NCBI RefSeq assembly: GCF_016433145.1
Contig: NC_058130.1
Span: 649,109,001-649,173,000 of the forward strand
DNA: 64,000 bases
Origin: Gracilinanus agilis
Lineage: Eukaryota
Direction: 5' to 3'
The notes beneath the pieces were generated by a model, which had not been told where the DNA came from, made no database searches, and was given only the letters and a program-made list of their open reading frames with translations. Within the stretch, counting starts at the first letter, position 1; the number at the start of each line of letters is the position of its first letter. Below are positions 25,945 through 38,259 of the stretch, piece after piece. Made by a program: the position numbers and the translations under genes.

Positions 25945-26006
<62 letters not shown>
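25945..26006. repeat. (TA)31 microsatellite
   Basis: Read directly; the source of the IYIYIY ORFs. Confidence 0.97.
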
Positions 26007-26011
<5 letters not shown>

Positions 26012-26199
26012 AGCCTCAAAACAGCAGTGCGAATTAGAGCCCACAAAATTTTTAATACATCTTTTATTAATAAGGAAGCTGAAGTTCAAAGAAAGTAACT
26101 GACTAAAGCAAAGGTAGTGAATGTCATGAAGAATTTGAATCCAGGTCTTCCTAACTCCTAAGCCCAGCACTCTAGATATTATCCAATTTTGTCTTTGCC

Positions 26200-26900
26200 T
26201 TTGGTCAGCACTAATCAAGCAGCAGGACTGTTTAATGTCAGCATTAAATAGATTGACTGTAAAGAGACTCAGAGAGCTGCCTGATCATATTTTTTGAAGG
26301 TCTCAAATCTGCTATCAAATTCTTTATTAAGGCGGTCGCCATGAAAACTACCAATGACTCTCTAGTTAATCCATTTTTAATCAAATGGGCCTGCCTTCTA
26401 AGCAGTAATGAACTAACTGCCTTTTATTGTTTAAAAAAAAAAAGTAACCTGTACAGTGAAGTAGCAAGAACCAGATGTAGTTGATTTAAAGGCTGAGCTT
26501 GGAAGCAAAAGTCAAATATACAATGTGTGATTAATAAGGAGGACTGCTTTCATCTTATCTATAAACATTCCTCTGCAGATGTATAGCTGTGAAATCCATT
26601 CTGATGGGCCACATCAGCTGAGCCCAGAAAAAATTTACAACAAATTTGACCGTCTGTCCATATTCTCTACTGATTTTGAAAACATGTTTACAGAAAATGC
26701 CAACTACATAATACTTAAATATATTATTCGCCTCTCGGATTTGATTGTTAAGCTTTGAGAGGAGGCACCATAAGGCCTGCCAGGGTTGTGAAGTTGGGGA
26801 CTCCCAAACCACAACCACAAATGTCTATGGCCAAACTGTCTCAAGTCTCTTCCAGAACTTAAGATGGTGAATGCTTAGTAACTTGCCGAAGATGTGATTT
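26200..26900. promoter_or_regulatory. Candidate intronic enhancer (NF-kB, tandem RUNX and FOX motifs)
   Basis: Repeat-free. TGTTTAC at 26685-26691, GGGGACTCCC at 26796-26805, AACCACAACCACA at 26807-26819, with several retained CpGs. Motif evidence only. Confidence 0.35.
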
Positions 26901-28504
26901 GGTCATGGACAATGCTAGCTTTAAAATCTCCTTTTTTCCATTTATTTTGAGATTTAATTTATTCAGCATTTACTTTATTAGAGTACATTTTTAAGACAGG
27001 TAAAAAAGAAAAAAAAGCTTTTACTCCATGCAACCATATCACAGTTAAAAAGGCTAAGGAGACAGAATCATTCCAACAAGAGGTAAAAGAAGGTTAGGGA
27101 GTGGTTTGGGCACAATTTGTTCACTGCTCTTTGGCCATTACCTCCTCTCTTGGGACTGTTGAGAAACACTGGTTATTACCCACACTATGCTCATAGATTG
27201 TAGACTCTAAGCAAAGTTTTCTCCCGTTCCCAATCTATTTATCACAAATGACTGTGGCATACACCACAAAATAAAATAGATTGGATTCCCAAATAGGCTG
27301 CCCCACTTTGTTCTCTGAGAAAAACCCACTGAGCATAACATACTAAAATCTTCTGCACATAAAATCAAGAACTCGGCACCTAAAAGTTTTTGTCATACAG
27401 GAGATTCTTAATAAATAGTTGTTGAACAAAACTGAAGAAAAGGAGTATAAAATATGAACACATAGTAAAAACAAGGAGGAAAGGTTTTGACAAAAGAAAT
27501 GTTTTCTCCCACAGGAAGAACCATTGGTTGATTCCTTGGCAAATGCAATGTTTCTCTTTGAAGTGAAAGTTCTTAAAATCCACGCTCTAATCTACCTTAC
27601 AATTAAAAAAAATACCACTATTCCTACTGAACACAACTCATTACAAATATTTTTAAAGGCCTTTGTGTCCTAGGCATACACAGCAATGTGATACCAGATC
27701 CTTTGCTCAAAGAATTTGTCTCCTTGCATGGAGACACAATGTGATGTGATGGGAAAGCTGCTGGATATGCAGTCAGAGGACTTGGGATAATGTCCAAACT
27801 TTGTCCCTTTACTACCTATGTGACCCTGGGTAAAATACTTAACCTCTCTCTGGGTTTCTGATTACTCAACTGTAATTTGAGTGGGCTGGATTAGATGCCC
27901 TCTCAGGTTCTTTTTCAGATGGAAATCAATGACAATGAACAGGTTTGGGGGGATGAAGGCATTAACACAAATTACTAAGAAACATTAGAAAGGGAGATAA
28001 GTACAGAAAGGAACCAGACAGGGGGCTGGAAAGCATTTAAAAAGAGAAAGGTCACTTTCAGGTGGGGGAGGGAAGCATTATATTAGGAAAGGTGGCTTCC
28101 TAGTGCAGGTGATATTAGAGTTGGGCCTCAAAGGAAAGGGAAGGATTTAAATAGACAGAGATGGGGAAGGGAGGCTGGCATAGTCCAGACAAGCAGGATG
28201 CTATGAGTGAAGCCATTAAGGAATGAGAAGGCAGAATAAGAATGACTTATAGGGGATAATCTACATTGATTGGAACACAGAGAACATGTAGGACAATAGG
28301 AGAAATGTGGCTGTAGCCAGATTTAGAGCACCTTGAATTGTGCCAGAATCAGGATTTCTGAATGTATTTGTTAAACAATAAAGACACTGTGAAAGTTTGT
28401 GAGGGTAGTTGTATATTAAGATTCTGTAGGTACCAGTTATGGATTGAATAAAGAAAAGCTGGAGACAGAACCTCTGGTAGGGAGGTTAATATAAGAGTCT
28501 GAAG

Positions 28505-28753
28505 CACACAGTGGATAGAGTGCTAGATCTGGAGTCAAGAAGACTCATCTTCCTATGTTCAAATATGTCCTCAGACACTTACTAGCTATGTGACCCTGGC
28601 CAAGTCACTTCACTCTGTTTGCCTCAGTTTCCTCATCTGTCAGGTGATCTGGGGAAGGAAATGGCAAGTCACTCCACTGTCTACCAAGAAAACCCTGAAC
28701 AGTCAGGCCTGACATGAACAGGTCAGACAAGACTGATGATGACTAAACAACAA
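28505..28753 (+). mobile_element. Mar1 CORE-SINE
   Basis: gtggatagagtgctagatctggagtcaagaagactcatcttcc ... gaaggaaatggcaagtcactccac ... aaacaacaac. Confidence 0.87.
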
Positions 28754-28868
28754 CCCTAAGAGTCTATGCAAGACATTTATTGCAATATAAGCTTTTCGAA
28801 CTAGGTAATGCTTCATTCTTTGTATTCATAACCTGAGCACTATAAGAATAAAGAAAGCCAGCTACCAA

Positions 28869-29700
28869 TGTTATGATAGAGGGATGGAGGGGAAATAGAG
28901 AGTCTATGAGTGGGACTCTCTTCAAGCTCTCCCCTCCCACCGTATATGTACTGGCTAGACTTTGAGGGGGTGTCACAAAACTGGGTGACCTGAATGGTCT
29001 TGCCGCACCACAGGAGTTGGGGATGAGGCTTCCCTAAAAGATGAGGTATTGGGTACCCCAATCCAATTCTGAATGAGGGTGGGGTTCACGGAAGGCTCAG
29101 TTAACTTCACAAAGGGGGGTCTGGCTTCAAGATGGAGGCAGCCAGACCAAGCTGTGATTCCCCTCCCCCTTGTTTCTCAGGCACTCTGGAATGCTATCTC
29201 ACTAATAAATGTCTTTTATTAATATCAATATAGAGATTGGGGAAATCAGTGAAGGGCAGAGGGATTTTGGGGTGCCCTCTTCTCTATTTCTATGGGAAAT
29301 ACCTTTTGGGTTCCCATTCCTAAGTGTCTCCTCTCGCCTCTTCTCCTTCAGTTTATCTCTATCCTTCTCTATAATTGCAAGTTAGACCAGAAAAGGTCTC
29401 TCAGCAAGGTTGGGTAATGGGAGAAGGAGCCTAAGAGATCGCTGCCAAAATGGAGTCCCAAAACTTAGCTAACTCGTTGGTTGAAGTCTTGCTGGGTGAG
29501 AAGCGATGGGATGCCTTTGACCAGGAAATCAGGGTTTCAATGTCCAAAGAAAGATCCTCAGGAAGCCCTCAGGACTGGATTCGAGCTGGGATGTTCTCCT
29601 CCTCCCTCTCTCAGTCCTCCACTGGAAGTTCCTCCTCTACTCCTTCCTCTTCTGGAGCATTCCCCAGAACTCCTCTGGTCTCAACTGCCACCAACTATCA
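28869..29700. mobile_element. Solo LTR, ERV1-like (832 bp), orientation unresolved
   Basis: TG...CA termini with a 4-bp TSD ccaa (28865-28868 and 29701-29704). More GC-rich than the flanks. AATAAA on both strands near the middle. Confidence 0.6.
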
Positions 29701-30164
29701 CCAACCATCAGGCACTCCTTCTCTGGCTCCTTCTGTCCTATCCTCCTTTGCACAAATTCCATCCTTACAGCACCTAGCACAATGCCTAGCAATTAGTAGT
29801 TAATGGTTACTGACTGTTTGGGGGTGGGGGAAGGGGTCTTATACTAAAGCATTGAGAAGAGGGGGGAAAAGGGTGCAGCAGACATGAGAAATGTTCCTGA
29901 AGGAGTAGGATTTCTCAAAATATTCACTACAGAGGGTCCATATGGGGAGAGAGGACCAAAGATGATTCAGACATTTCAAACCTGAATGGCTGAGAACATT
30001 GTGGTGTCATTGACATAAAGAGTTTAGGAAAAGAAAGAAATGTGTTCCTTCTGTAAGTTTTGGGGAAATGATATATCTTCCACATGGAGAAAAACTGTCA
30101 GGCAATTATAGATAGAATAGTACTCATCAGGGTGTTATCTATTATTGCCTTATATTCATTTAAT

Positions 30165-30400
30165 GTCTATAGTGGCTAATGTGCTGGATTTGGAGTCAAA
30201 ATTCTGCCTCCAATGGTTACTAGCTGTATGACCAAACCATGCAAGTTATTTAATCTTTCTCAGTATAAGCTTCTTCATCTTTAAAAAGGGAGTAACAATA
30301 GCATATATCTCAGTGGGTTTGCTGTGATTGTCAAATGAAAGAATATATATAAAACACTTCATACAACTTAAATTACTACATAAATGCTAGCTATTGTTAT
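30165..30400 (+). mobile_element. MIR SINE
   Basis: gtgctggatttggagtcaaa ... cttcttcatctttaaaaagggagtaacaatagca ... ataaatgctagctattgttatt. Confidence 0.7.
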
Positions 30401-31150
30401 TAAAGGAAGGTGATTATTGTTACTTTGTGCCTTCAAACCTACTTCCTCCTTTACTTCTATTGAGATTTTTTGGATATATAGCATCTGTGATTTAATCGCT
30501 CCCTCTCACCCTTCTCTAACCCATTAGATGGTAAGGATATCATCCAAGTAATCAATAAAAATGTTGAAAAGCAAAAGCCAGAGATCATTAGGGAATTCTA
30601 CTGATGGCCTCATTCTAAGTTAGCATTCATTCCTGCTCTCTGAATTTCATGTGGTTCTGAATGTACTGAACTATCTGATCTTCATTGTGGTAATAGCTAA
30701 AGGCAGTGGAATAATTAGTTTCCCAAGGGAGAAAATATATAGAAAAAAGGCACCCAAATTTAAGGAATGGGAGTATAAAAAGTCAGCAAAAAGAGGAGAG
30801 GAATGGACAAGAAGAAAAAGAAATGTGAGTAAAAGGTTGAGGAAGCTAAGGGCTAGTGGCCAGCAAGAAGAGGATACTCTACAGTGTTGGATGTTGCAGA
30901 GAAGTTATAGAGGTTGAATACTGAAAAAATTAGAGTAAAGTGCAAAATCAAAATAACAGAATTTTACAGTTGGAAGATATTTGTCAGTAAAAGAAAGGAA
31001 AGACTTTTAGATCATTAGTACATGTTATAGCAGGATCAATTTAAGGAATTTTCTGGTAAGGAAAATCCAAGCACTTTTATTTATATTTAGAGTACATAAA
31101 AGTAAAAAGTAAGAATTTCATAGGGAAAAAAGTATTATTGGTGGAATGAA

Positions 31151-31378
31151 GATTACAAAAGAGATAGGATAAAATAGGACTGGGGGTTTGAGGGCAGGAT
31201 TTCACTTTATCAACTCCTATGCTATTGAGATTCAATGAACATGAGATGATTAGAGTTGATAACAAAATGAACAAAGTTTCTCTCTCTCACACATCCATCC
31301 CCCCACCTCCCCACACACATACATATACTCACACACACCCCACAACTTACCTAGCAATTAATTCTGATTATCTTATGG
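31151..31378 (+). repeat. Copy 1 of a diverged ~230-250 bp local direct repeat
   Basis: Shares exact blocks with 32044-32293, including the 22-mer agagttgataacaaaatgaaca (31252-31273 and 32140-32161). Confidence 0.9.
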
Positions 31379-31401
31379 TGCCATATATCAGGATACTGTA
31401 A

Positions 31402-31432
<31 letters not shown>

Positions 31433-32043
31433 CGCATGTGTGTGCTAATATCTATTATACATATATACATACATAAAATCAAAACAGAGTTGGATTGGTT
31501 ATCTCATTTGACCATAATGTAGGCTAATAACTAATGTTTTTATAAAGTATCATCTATTACAGGTCAATAATTATTAGAAAGAAAAAGTAGTAGATATCTT
31601 TGCCAAAGTACTCCTTACTCCCCAAAGGAAACTCTAAAAAAAGGTCAGGCAGGTTCAGTCACAATTGAAAACAACCAAACAACAGTAAAAACAACAAAAT
31701 GAGAATACAGCTAAGTACTTATTATTACAAATAATGCATCTTCTGAGGTGGTCGCATTATTTAAACTGATGGTAAATATTTCCATTGGGCTGGAACCAAT
31801 TACCATATTTTATATAAGTATAACTTCAAATTATGTGAATATGAATACATGTAACTAATTCAGGAGATTCATTATTTGTACTAATTGGGACCTAGTTCTA
31901 ATAATAGCACATGGTTTACATTGGACCTTTATATTAGGGATATTAAACCTTTCATTTAGACTTAATGAGTATTAGTAATAGTAGTACTACTAGTAAAGGC
32001 ATTACTAGTCACTAGAGAGGATACAAAAACATAATACAACAGA

Positions 32044-32166
32044 GATTACAAAAGAGATGGGAAGAAATAGGACTGAGGGAATGGGTGGATGGGTTTATCA
32101 ACTCCTAACCTATTGGAATTCAGTGAATACAAAATGATAAGAGTTGATAACAAAATGAACATTTTC

Positions 32167-32239
<73 letters not shown>

Positions 32240-32293
32240 ACGCACACACCAGAACACAACTTTACTAGCAATTAATTCTAATTAACTTTATGG
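32044..32293 (+). repeat. Copy 2 of the local direct repeat, with an expanded (CTGT)(CT)(CA) microsatellite
   Basis: Same blocks as copy 1. ORFs 31077-31274 and 32046-32249 both contain MFILLSTLII. Confidence 0.9.
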
Positions 32294-32318
32294 AGCTGTC
32301 ATCATGAGTTTTAGAATC

Positions 32319-33018
32319 ACCCAAAGAGCCACAAAACTGTGCATATCCAACAATATCACTACTGGATCTGTATCCCAAAGAAATCAAAGATATGTGAAAG
32401 GGACCTACTTCCACAAAATATATTTCTAGTCACTCTTTTTGTGGTGGTGAATTGGAAACTTAAGGAACAGCCATCAATTGAAGAATAGCTAAATGAGTTG
32501 TGGTATATAACTGTAACAGAATACTATTGTGTCTAAGAAATGAACAGGATGATCACACATGCAGAAAACAGCATGGAAAGTCAATAGGAAATGATGCAAA
32601 GTGAAGAGAACAAAACTAGGAGAACGTTGTACACAGTAAGAGCAATGTACTGATTGTGAATTACTTATCTGTTATCAATAATGCATTGATGACCAGGACA
32701 ACTTTAAAGGGCTTTTGATGAAAAAGCCTATTCACTGCCATAGAAGAAACTAATGGAGTCTGAATGCAAAATGAAGCATACTGTGTCTCACATTATTTCC
32801 TTTGTGAGGTTTTTTCTATTGTAAGTAAGATGTATCTTTTTTCACATGATAAATAAATATGCATTACATGATAGCACATGTACAACCTCTATCATATTAC
32901 CTGTCATCTCCAGAAGGGCATGAGGAGGGAGAGAATATGGGTTACAAAATGTCAGAAAATGATTATTTAGATCTTATAAATATGTAATCTGGAAAAAATA
33001 GATTTTAAAAACAGAATA
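32319..33018 (+). mobile_element. 5'-truncated marsupial L1 (ORF2 C-terminus and 3'UTR)
   Basis: cccaaagagccacaaaactgtgcata ... ccatcaattgaagaatagctaaatgagttgtggtatat. Possible TSD tttagaatc at ~32310-32318 and 33019-33027. Confidence 0.85.
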
Positions 33019-33029
33019 TTTAGAATCTA

Positions 33030-33330
33030 CTAAGGAAGAAAAGTCATGTGCAAATATAATAAGTATCCAGAAGAAAAATCCAAGTGCCCATGAGAGGTCC
33101 TAATGAAATAATTTGAATGAACCAAAGGAGATATTACTTTCAGTGAGAGAGAAATAAGGGAAAACTTCATGAAGCAGATATTGTTGAAGCTGGTCTTGAA
33201 GGATATGTTATATTTTAATGCATGTAATTTCAAGTCAAAGAATTTGGGACAAGGAATAGGAAGGGAAAGGGGAGGGATTCCATGTATAGTAAGTGTGAAG
33301 AAATAAACTGAAATAATGATGATAATTGCT
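33030..33330 (-). mobile_element. L2 fragment
   Basis: aaggagatattactttcagtgagagagaaataagggaaaacttcatgaagcaga ... ttgaagctggtcttgaagga. Confidence 0.7.
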
Positions 33331-34187
33331 GACATTTATATAGCTTTTCAAAGTCTGCAAAAATTTTACATAGTTTTAAAGTCTGATCTTCCTAATAATC
33401 CTGCATAGCATGCACTATTATTATAACTACTTCTCAAGTGAAGAAAGTGAGGAACATACAGGGTAAGTGACAACTCAAAGACAACATGTCATGGTGGACA
33501 GACTTATAGATTTGGATTTAAAATCCTACATTTAAATCCCAACTCAGATACTTACCAGCTATGTGACCCCTCGCCTCATTTTACAAAGGTGGAGGTTGGA
33601 CTCATAGATTCTATGACTAGGTATTAAAATTCATATCCTTATGGTAATGTTCTGAAAGTAAGAATTGAACATTTACCAAGTACAAGAGTCTATCTGTTAC
33701 AGAACGTTATTGCTTTGATAAGAAAGGGCAGGACAAAATTGGTTTTAGCTTTATATCTCCAGCACCCAGCACAATACTTTGTGTTGCTTATTTTAGCTCA
33801 TAAAATACCAATGTCAACACATTTTCATTTTACATCTTATGCAAGGAACTACTCTGCTTCAAACCTTCCATCTGCCCACAATTCCACATTAACAAAATAG
33901 AAGAGCATCTAACTATAATTTAGACTCCTAGAAAGTTGCATAGGGCACCTAAGGATTAAATGAATTGCCCAGAAAACACAATCACTCTATGTTAGGATGC
34001 ACTAACAGCAAAACTGGTCCTGTAAGAGTTCAATAGAAAATTTTGGATCGAATTAAACAGAGTGGAGTCCCGTGGGTCAGAATCATACAGAATCTGAAGG
34101 AAAGCAGTGGGAGATAAAGTTGAAAAGGTAAATTGGGGCAGATTATGGAGGGTCCTTGTGTAGGTCTTTAAATGTTCTACATTAAAG

Positions 34188-34206
34188 GATAGACAGACAG
34201 ACAGAC

Positions 34207-34267
<61 letters not shown>
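34188..34267. repeat. (GACA)n(GATA)n tetranucleotide microsatellite
   Basis: Read directly from the sequence. Confidence 0.97.
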
Positions 34268-34268
<1 letters not shown>

Positions 34269-35021
34269 GAGATAAAGCTACTTAGATGTAGAGATAAAAA
34301 TGTACACATGAATGCATGTCTACATCTACAAATGTGTATAAATAGATGTGTGTATACACATATGTGTATATACACATATATACTTCCATATATATGCATA
34401 GATAATAGCATTATACTGTAACTTTAAGCATTACCTTATATTCTATCGTATAGAACCAAAGACATAATTTTCTAAATATTATTTAAGAAAATAGAGTTTA
34501 TACCCTATAAAAATTCACAAGGGTATTGTTCTTTTTTCAAATATGGTGTGGATTAAGGGGACCCACATGGCAGGGTACATATGGTATTACTCAGTTATGC
34601 CAAAACAACCATGAAATAAAAGTAGAGAGACAACTATGGGAGAGTAATAAAAAAAAGGTCAGCATCATACAAAATATCTAAAAAGAAGATTATGGTTTTG
34701 TCTAATATAATTGTTTCATAAATCAGCAGCCATGTTGCAAAGGCTAATTTATCTAAATTTTAGAGCTTGAAGAAAACATAGATGAGGCCAAATATCTTAT
34801 TTGAGAGCATTTCTATTGCCAACTCCCTATTACATGGGTACTTTTACCAAGTGTAAAAGTACTCTGTGTATGAATTTTTTTTATGCAATGCACCTATTTA
34901 ACTAGAACTGAAATGGTTCCCAGCCTGATGTACGTGGCACTGATTGCCATTCTCTTTGGATCTGGAAGGCTGTATGTTATGTTAAGGGAGAAAGTCCATC
35001 AGAATTATAAAGCTTGAAGAG

Positions 35022-35210
35022 ATCTTATAAGATCTTAACCTTTTTTGTATCAGAATCCCTGGGTTAATTTGGCAAAGCCTAAAGACTACTTATCAGAATA
35101 ATATTTTTGAATGCATAAAATAAAATATATGAGATTACAAAAATAATTGTATCGAGATATAAATATTAAAATTAATTCAAAAAATAAAAACAAGTTGACA
35201 AACTCTACAT
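35022..35210. mobile_element. Charlie4-like hAT fragment
   Basis: tcttaaccttttttgtatcagaatccct ... tttggcaaagcctaaagactact ... gaatgcataaaataaaatatatgagattacaaaa. Confidence 0.5.
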
Positions 35211-35316
35211 TTAAAAAGCTCTTCTCTTAGAGAAATAGAGGACATGAACACATATAGATGCATGAGGGTAGGGTAAGATCAGACTAAAGAATGTCTACTA
35301 GTATAGTTTGACTGTG

Positions 35317-35548
35317 TAGCTTGGTGACATGGTGGATACATGTCTGGAAGACTCATCTTCCTGAGTTCAAATCTGATCTCAGACACTTAGTAGCCATACT
35401 AACTTAGGCAATTCACTTAATCCTATTTGGTTTAGTTTCCTCATCTGTAAAAGGAACTAGATAGCATATCACTCCACATCTTTGCCAAGGAAACACCAAA
35501 AGAGGTCACAAAGAGTCAGACAACTCAAAAACAACTGAATAACAACAA
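35317..35548 (+). mobile_element. Mar1 CORE-SINE
   Basis: ggaagactcatcttcctgagttcaaatctg ... catctttgccaaggaaacacc ... gaggtcacaaagagtcagacaac ... aacaacaa. Confidence 0.85.
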
Positions 35549-35689
35549 TACAGTTGGCTGGAATGCTAAGCACATGAAAACAATGTGAAAGGAGGCCAGA
35601 AGGAAAGAGCAAAAGATGAAGAGTGTTTTTTACCAAAGGTCATGCCTTATTTTAGTTTTGTATGCCTGTGACTCTCCATAAGCCCTAAA

Positions 35690-35890
35690 CCAGGGGGTTC
35701 ATGGCTAGATTTTGGGAGACCCATGAACTTGGTTGAGAAAAATGAATCTTTATTTTCATTAATTTCCAAGTGAATTATAGAATTTCCTTTACTTAAAAAT
35801 GTTAATATATTATCTTGAGAAAAGAACCACAGACTTTACCAGAAACTCAAGAAATCCATGATGTAAAAAACATTAAAGACCATTACTCTA
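35690..35890. mobile_element. Charlie4z-like hAT MITE
   Basis: cagggggttcatgg ... ccatgaacttggttgagaaaaatgaatctttattttcatt ... gactttaccaga ... tccatgatgtaaaaaacattaaagacc. Confidence 0.6.
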
Positions 35891-36130
35891 GAAGCTCCAG
35901 TACAGAATATGAGGGCAAGGTTTCTACCTCCACATAAATCCATTCACTTTCCTGAGCATCTTTATGCTATATCCCCTTGGTTCTGCCTCCCAAACTTGGA
36001 AGATATAAGAAAAATAGGATTTAATTAATTAAAAATATAAAAATATAGATATATATGTATGTGTGTATACACTTATGTCTACTGTATTTTTTCATTTTAG
36101 AATTGTCTATATTGGAAAATGCATAACTGG

Positions 36131-37005
36131 TGTGAAAGGAAATTCTTTATGCCCTTTGTCTATTTTGAATTAACACTTAGTTAATAATAACTTAAGTACC
36201 CCTATTTAGTACCTCCCCAGATTGTGAAGAAAGGGTTAACTCTCCTTTGTCTATTTTTGAATTGAATCCACAAAAGCTTGAACACCCTACTTAGCAATAG
36301 GTGGAGGAGCTCTCCACCCTTTCAACTCAATCACCCAGGAAATGAGAGTTCATACCCTCAGAAACTCAATCAGCCAGGAAACTGAATCCTTTTGATAAGA
36401 ACTTACACCTCCAGAGGGTGAGAAGCAATCCCACAGACACTGCCCTCTTGGGAAGTGCTAGACAATTTGGAAACTGATTGACCCCTGTGAAGAGGGGAAG
36501 GGACAAGAAGTCACCATAAAATCCATGAAATACTTCAGCTTTGGACTGTCTCCTGGAGATAGTCTTCTGGGATGGTTTTCTGGGGTGAGATGGCTTGAAG
36601 TCAACTTAAGAAGAAGATTGACTTCGGAGATGAGTTGGCTTGTAGAGTCATCCTCAACAGGTTATCACCTTCACTTCCAGTCAATGTTTTGACCTGCCTC
36701 TTGGAGGGAACTTGGGTGAGTGAATAGCTGGCTTTCCTTTCCTGACTTCTAGAGGGAATTTAATTCCAGTTGAGGGTCAAAAAGTCCTGGCTAAGTTGAG
36801 CACTGGAGAAATATTTAGATAGATAAGCTAAATATCTTCTCTACCTTTCTGTATGTCTCTACTTTCCCTCTTTCCACCTCTTTTGTAAATAAAAGCTATT
36901 AAAAAGTTATTTTGACTTTGAGCAATAATACTTTAAATCAGAGACTACCATATTATTTATAATTTTCATATATTTTAGTCAAACCATTAAAATTTAATTC
37001 CTACA
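36131..37005 (+). mobile_element. Solo LTR, ERV1-like (875 bp), antisense to ANGPT1
   Basis: TGTGAAAGG...TTCCTACA with a 4-bp TSD ctgg (36127-36130 and 37006-37009). U3 repeats (cctttgtctatttt x2; actcaatca[c/g]ccaggaaa x2). TATA-like CATAAAA at 36515-36521, AATAAA at 36888-36893. Confidence 0.9.
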
Positions 37006-38259
37006 CTGGAAGTTTGGCAACAGGGATTCTAGTCCTAATTATCACTTTGTACAAATCACTCAATGTCTTTGGGCCTCTGTTTCCTCAATTGTAAAAAGAG
37101 TCTGACCATGTGATCTCTAGAATACTTCTCAGGTATGGTTTTAGAGCTTCCTTAAACTGATTTTGGGAGACTTCCCCTAACCTATTTTGCTACAGAAATG
37201 TTCTTGAAATGATCATACTACTGAAAAATAGTCATGAAACAATTTCCCAGTAAATCACGTTCAGAAATACTGATCAACTGATTTGCTTATGCTTAGTCTT
37301 AAATTTATAAGAGATTTTAAGTTTTAAGTTTTGATGAGATAGGACTGTTATGTCTACTGGATAGAGGGCCAGCATTGGAATCAGGAAAACTTGTGTTCAA
37401 TGTCTGCCTCTCATTCCTGCTCATTAGCTTAATATCATATGATCTGAACATTCAACTCAAAAGCTTTCACCTAAGTAATTAATTTACATTGGTTTATTTC
37501 TGACAACACCAAGTACTGAAAATGTTAGCTTACCATTTTATCTTTAAACAGACTGAACAGGAAAAAATTAAACAATTTCAGTTAAAATTGACAATTACAA
37601 GTATGTTTTCCTTTAATTTTATGTATTTTAAGTTTCTTGAAGATTTTGTATGTACTTTAACCCCTTATACTTAGAACAAAACACTTTTTAGTTCTAAAAA
37701 TCAAAATCCTCTGACATTTGAACTATGGACCACCCCAGCAGACAAGAATGAAGTGGTGAATTGGTTGGGTAAGAGTCTCTCTAGGAAAATTTATCTTCCA
37801 GGAAATGGTTTTCTACAAAATAGACATTTATCTTGTATGACAAAACCAGAAATATACATAATAACTTAAATTGTTTTTTTAAAGGTTATTCTCAGTCTTA
37901 AATTTGGAAGGCATACAGTACCTCTCTAGGGGAGTCATAGAATGACATTCACAGGAATTATACATTACCTTACAGAGGCACTCAGTAAATATTGGTTGAG
38001 TCAGAATTGAATGGAAAAGGATGGAAAGGTTTGGGGTTCTTTGGAAGTAGATTGAATTCCCATGTGGATAAAATCCTAGACCCATCAAAGTATCCTAGCT
38101 GAACAAAATATATTTAAGGTACCACATAGATCTTACTGTTTCACAGAGTCGACACAGAAGTTAGACAGAAAAAAATCATGTTTTTTCCAAAAGTCATAGA
38201 AGTCTTTATATATATATATTTACACATATGTATATAAATATATATAAACATGTGTATAT

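Noticed and set aside
29450-29803. 117-aa Ser/Pro-rich ORF with an ATG start
   Set aside because: It lies within and runs out of the solo LTR, reflects a CT-rich strand bias, and has no gag/pol/env motif.
33992-34411. 139-aa ORF with SIYL repeats, and similar CVCV, IYIY and HTHT ORFs elsewhere
   Set aside because: These are translations of (GATA)n, (TG)n, (TA)n and (CA)n microsatellites.
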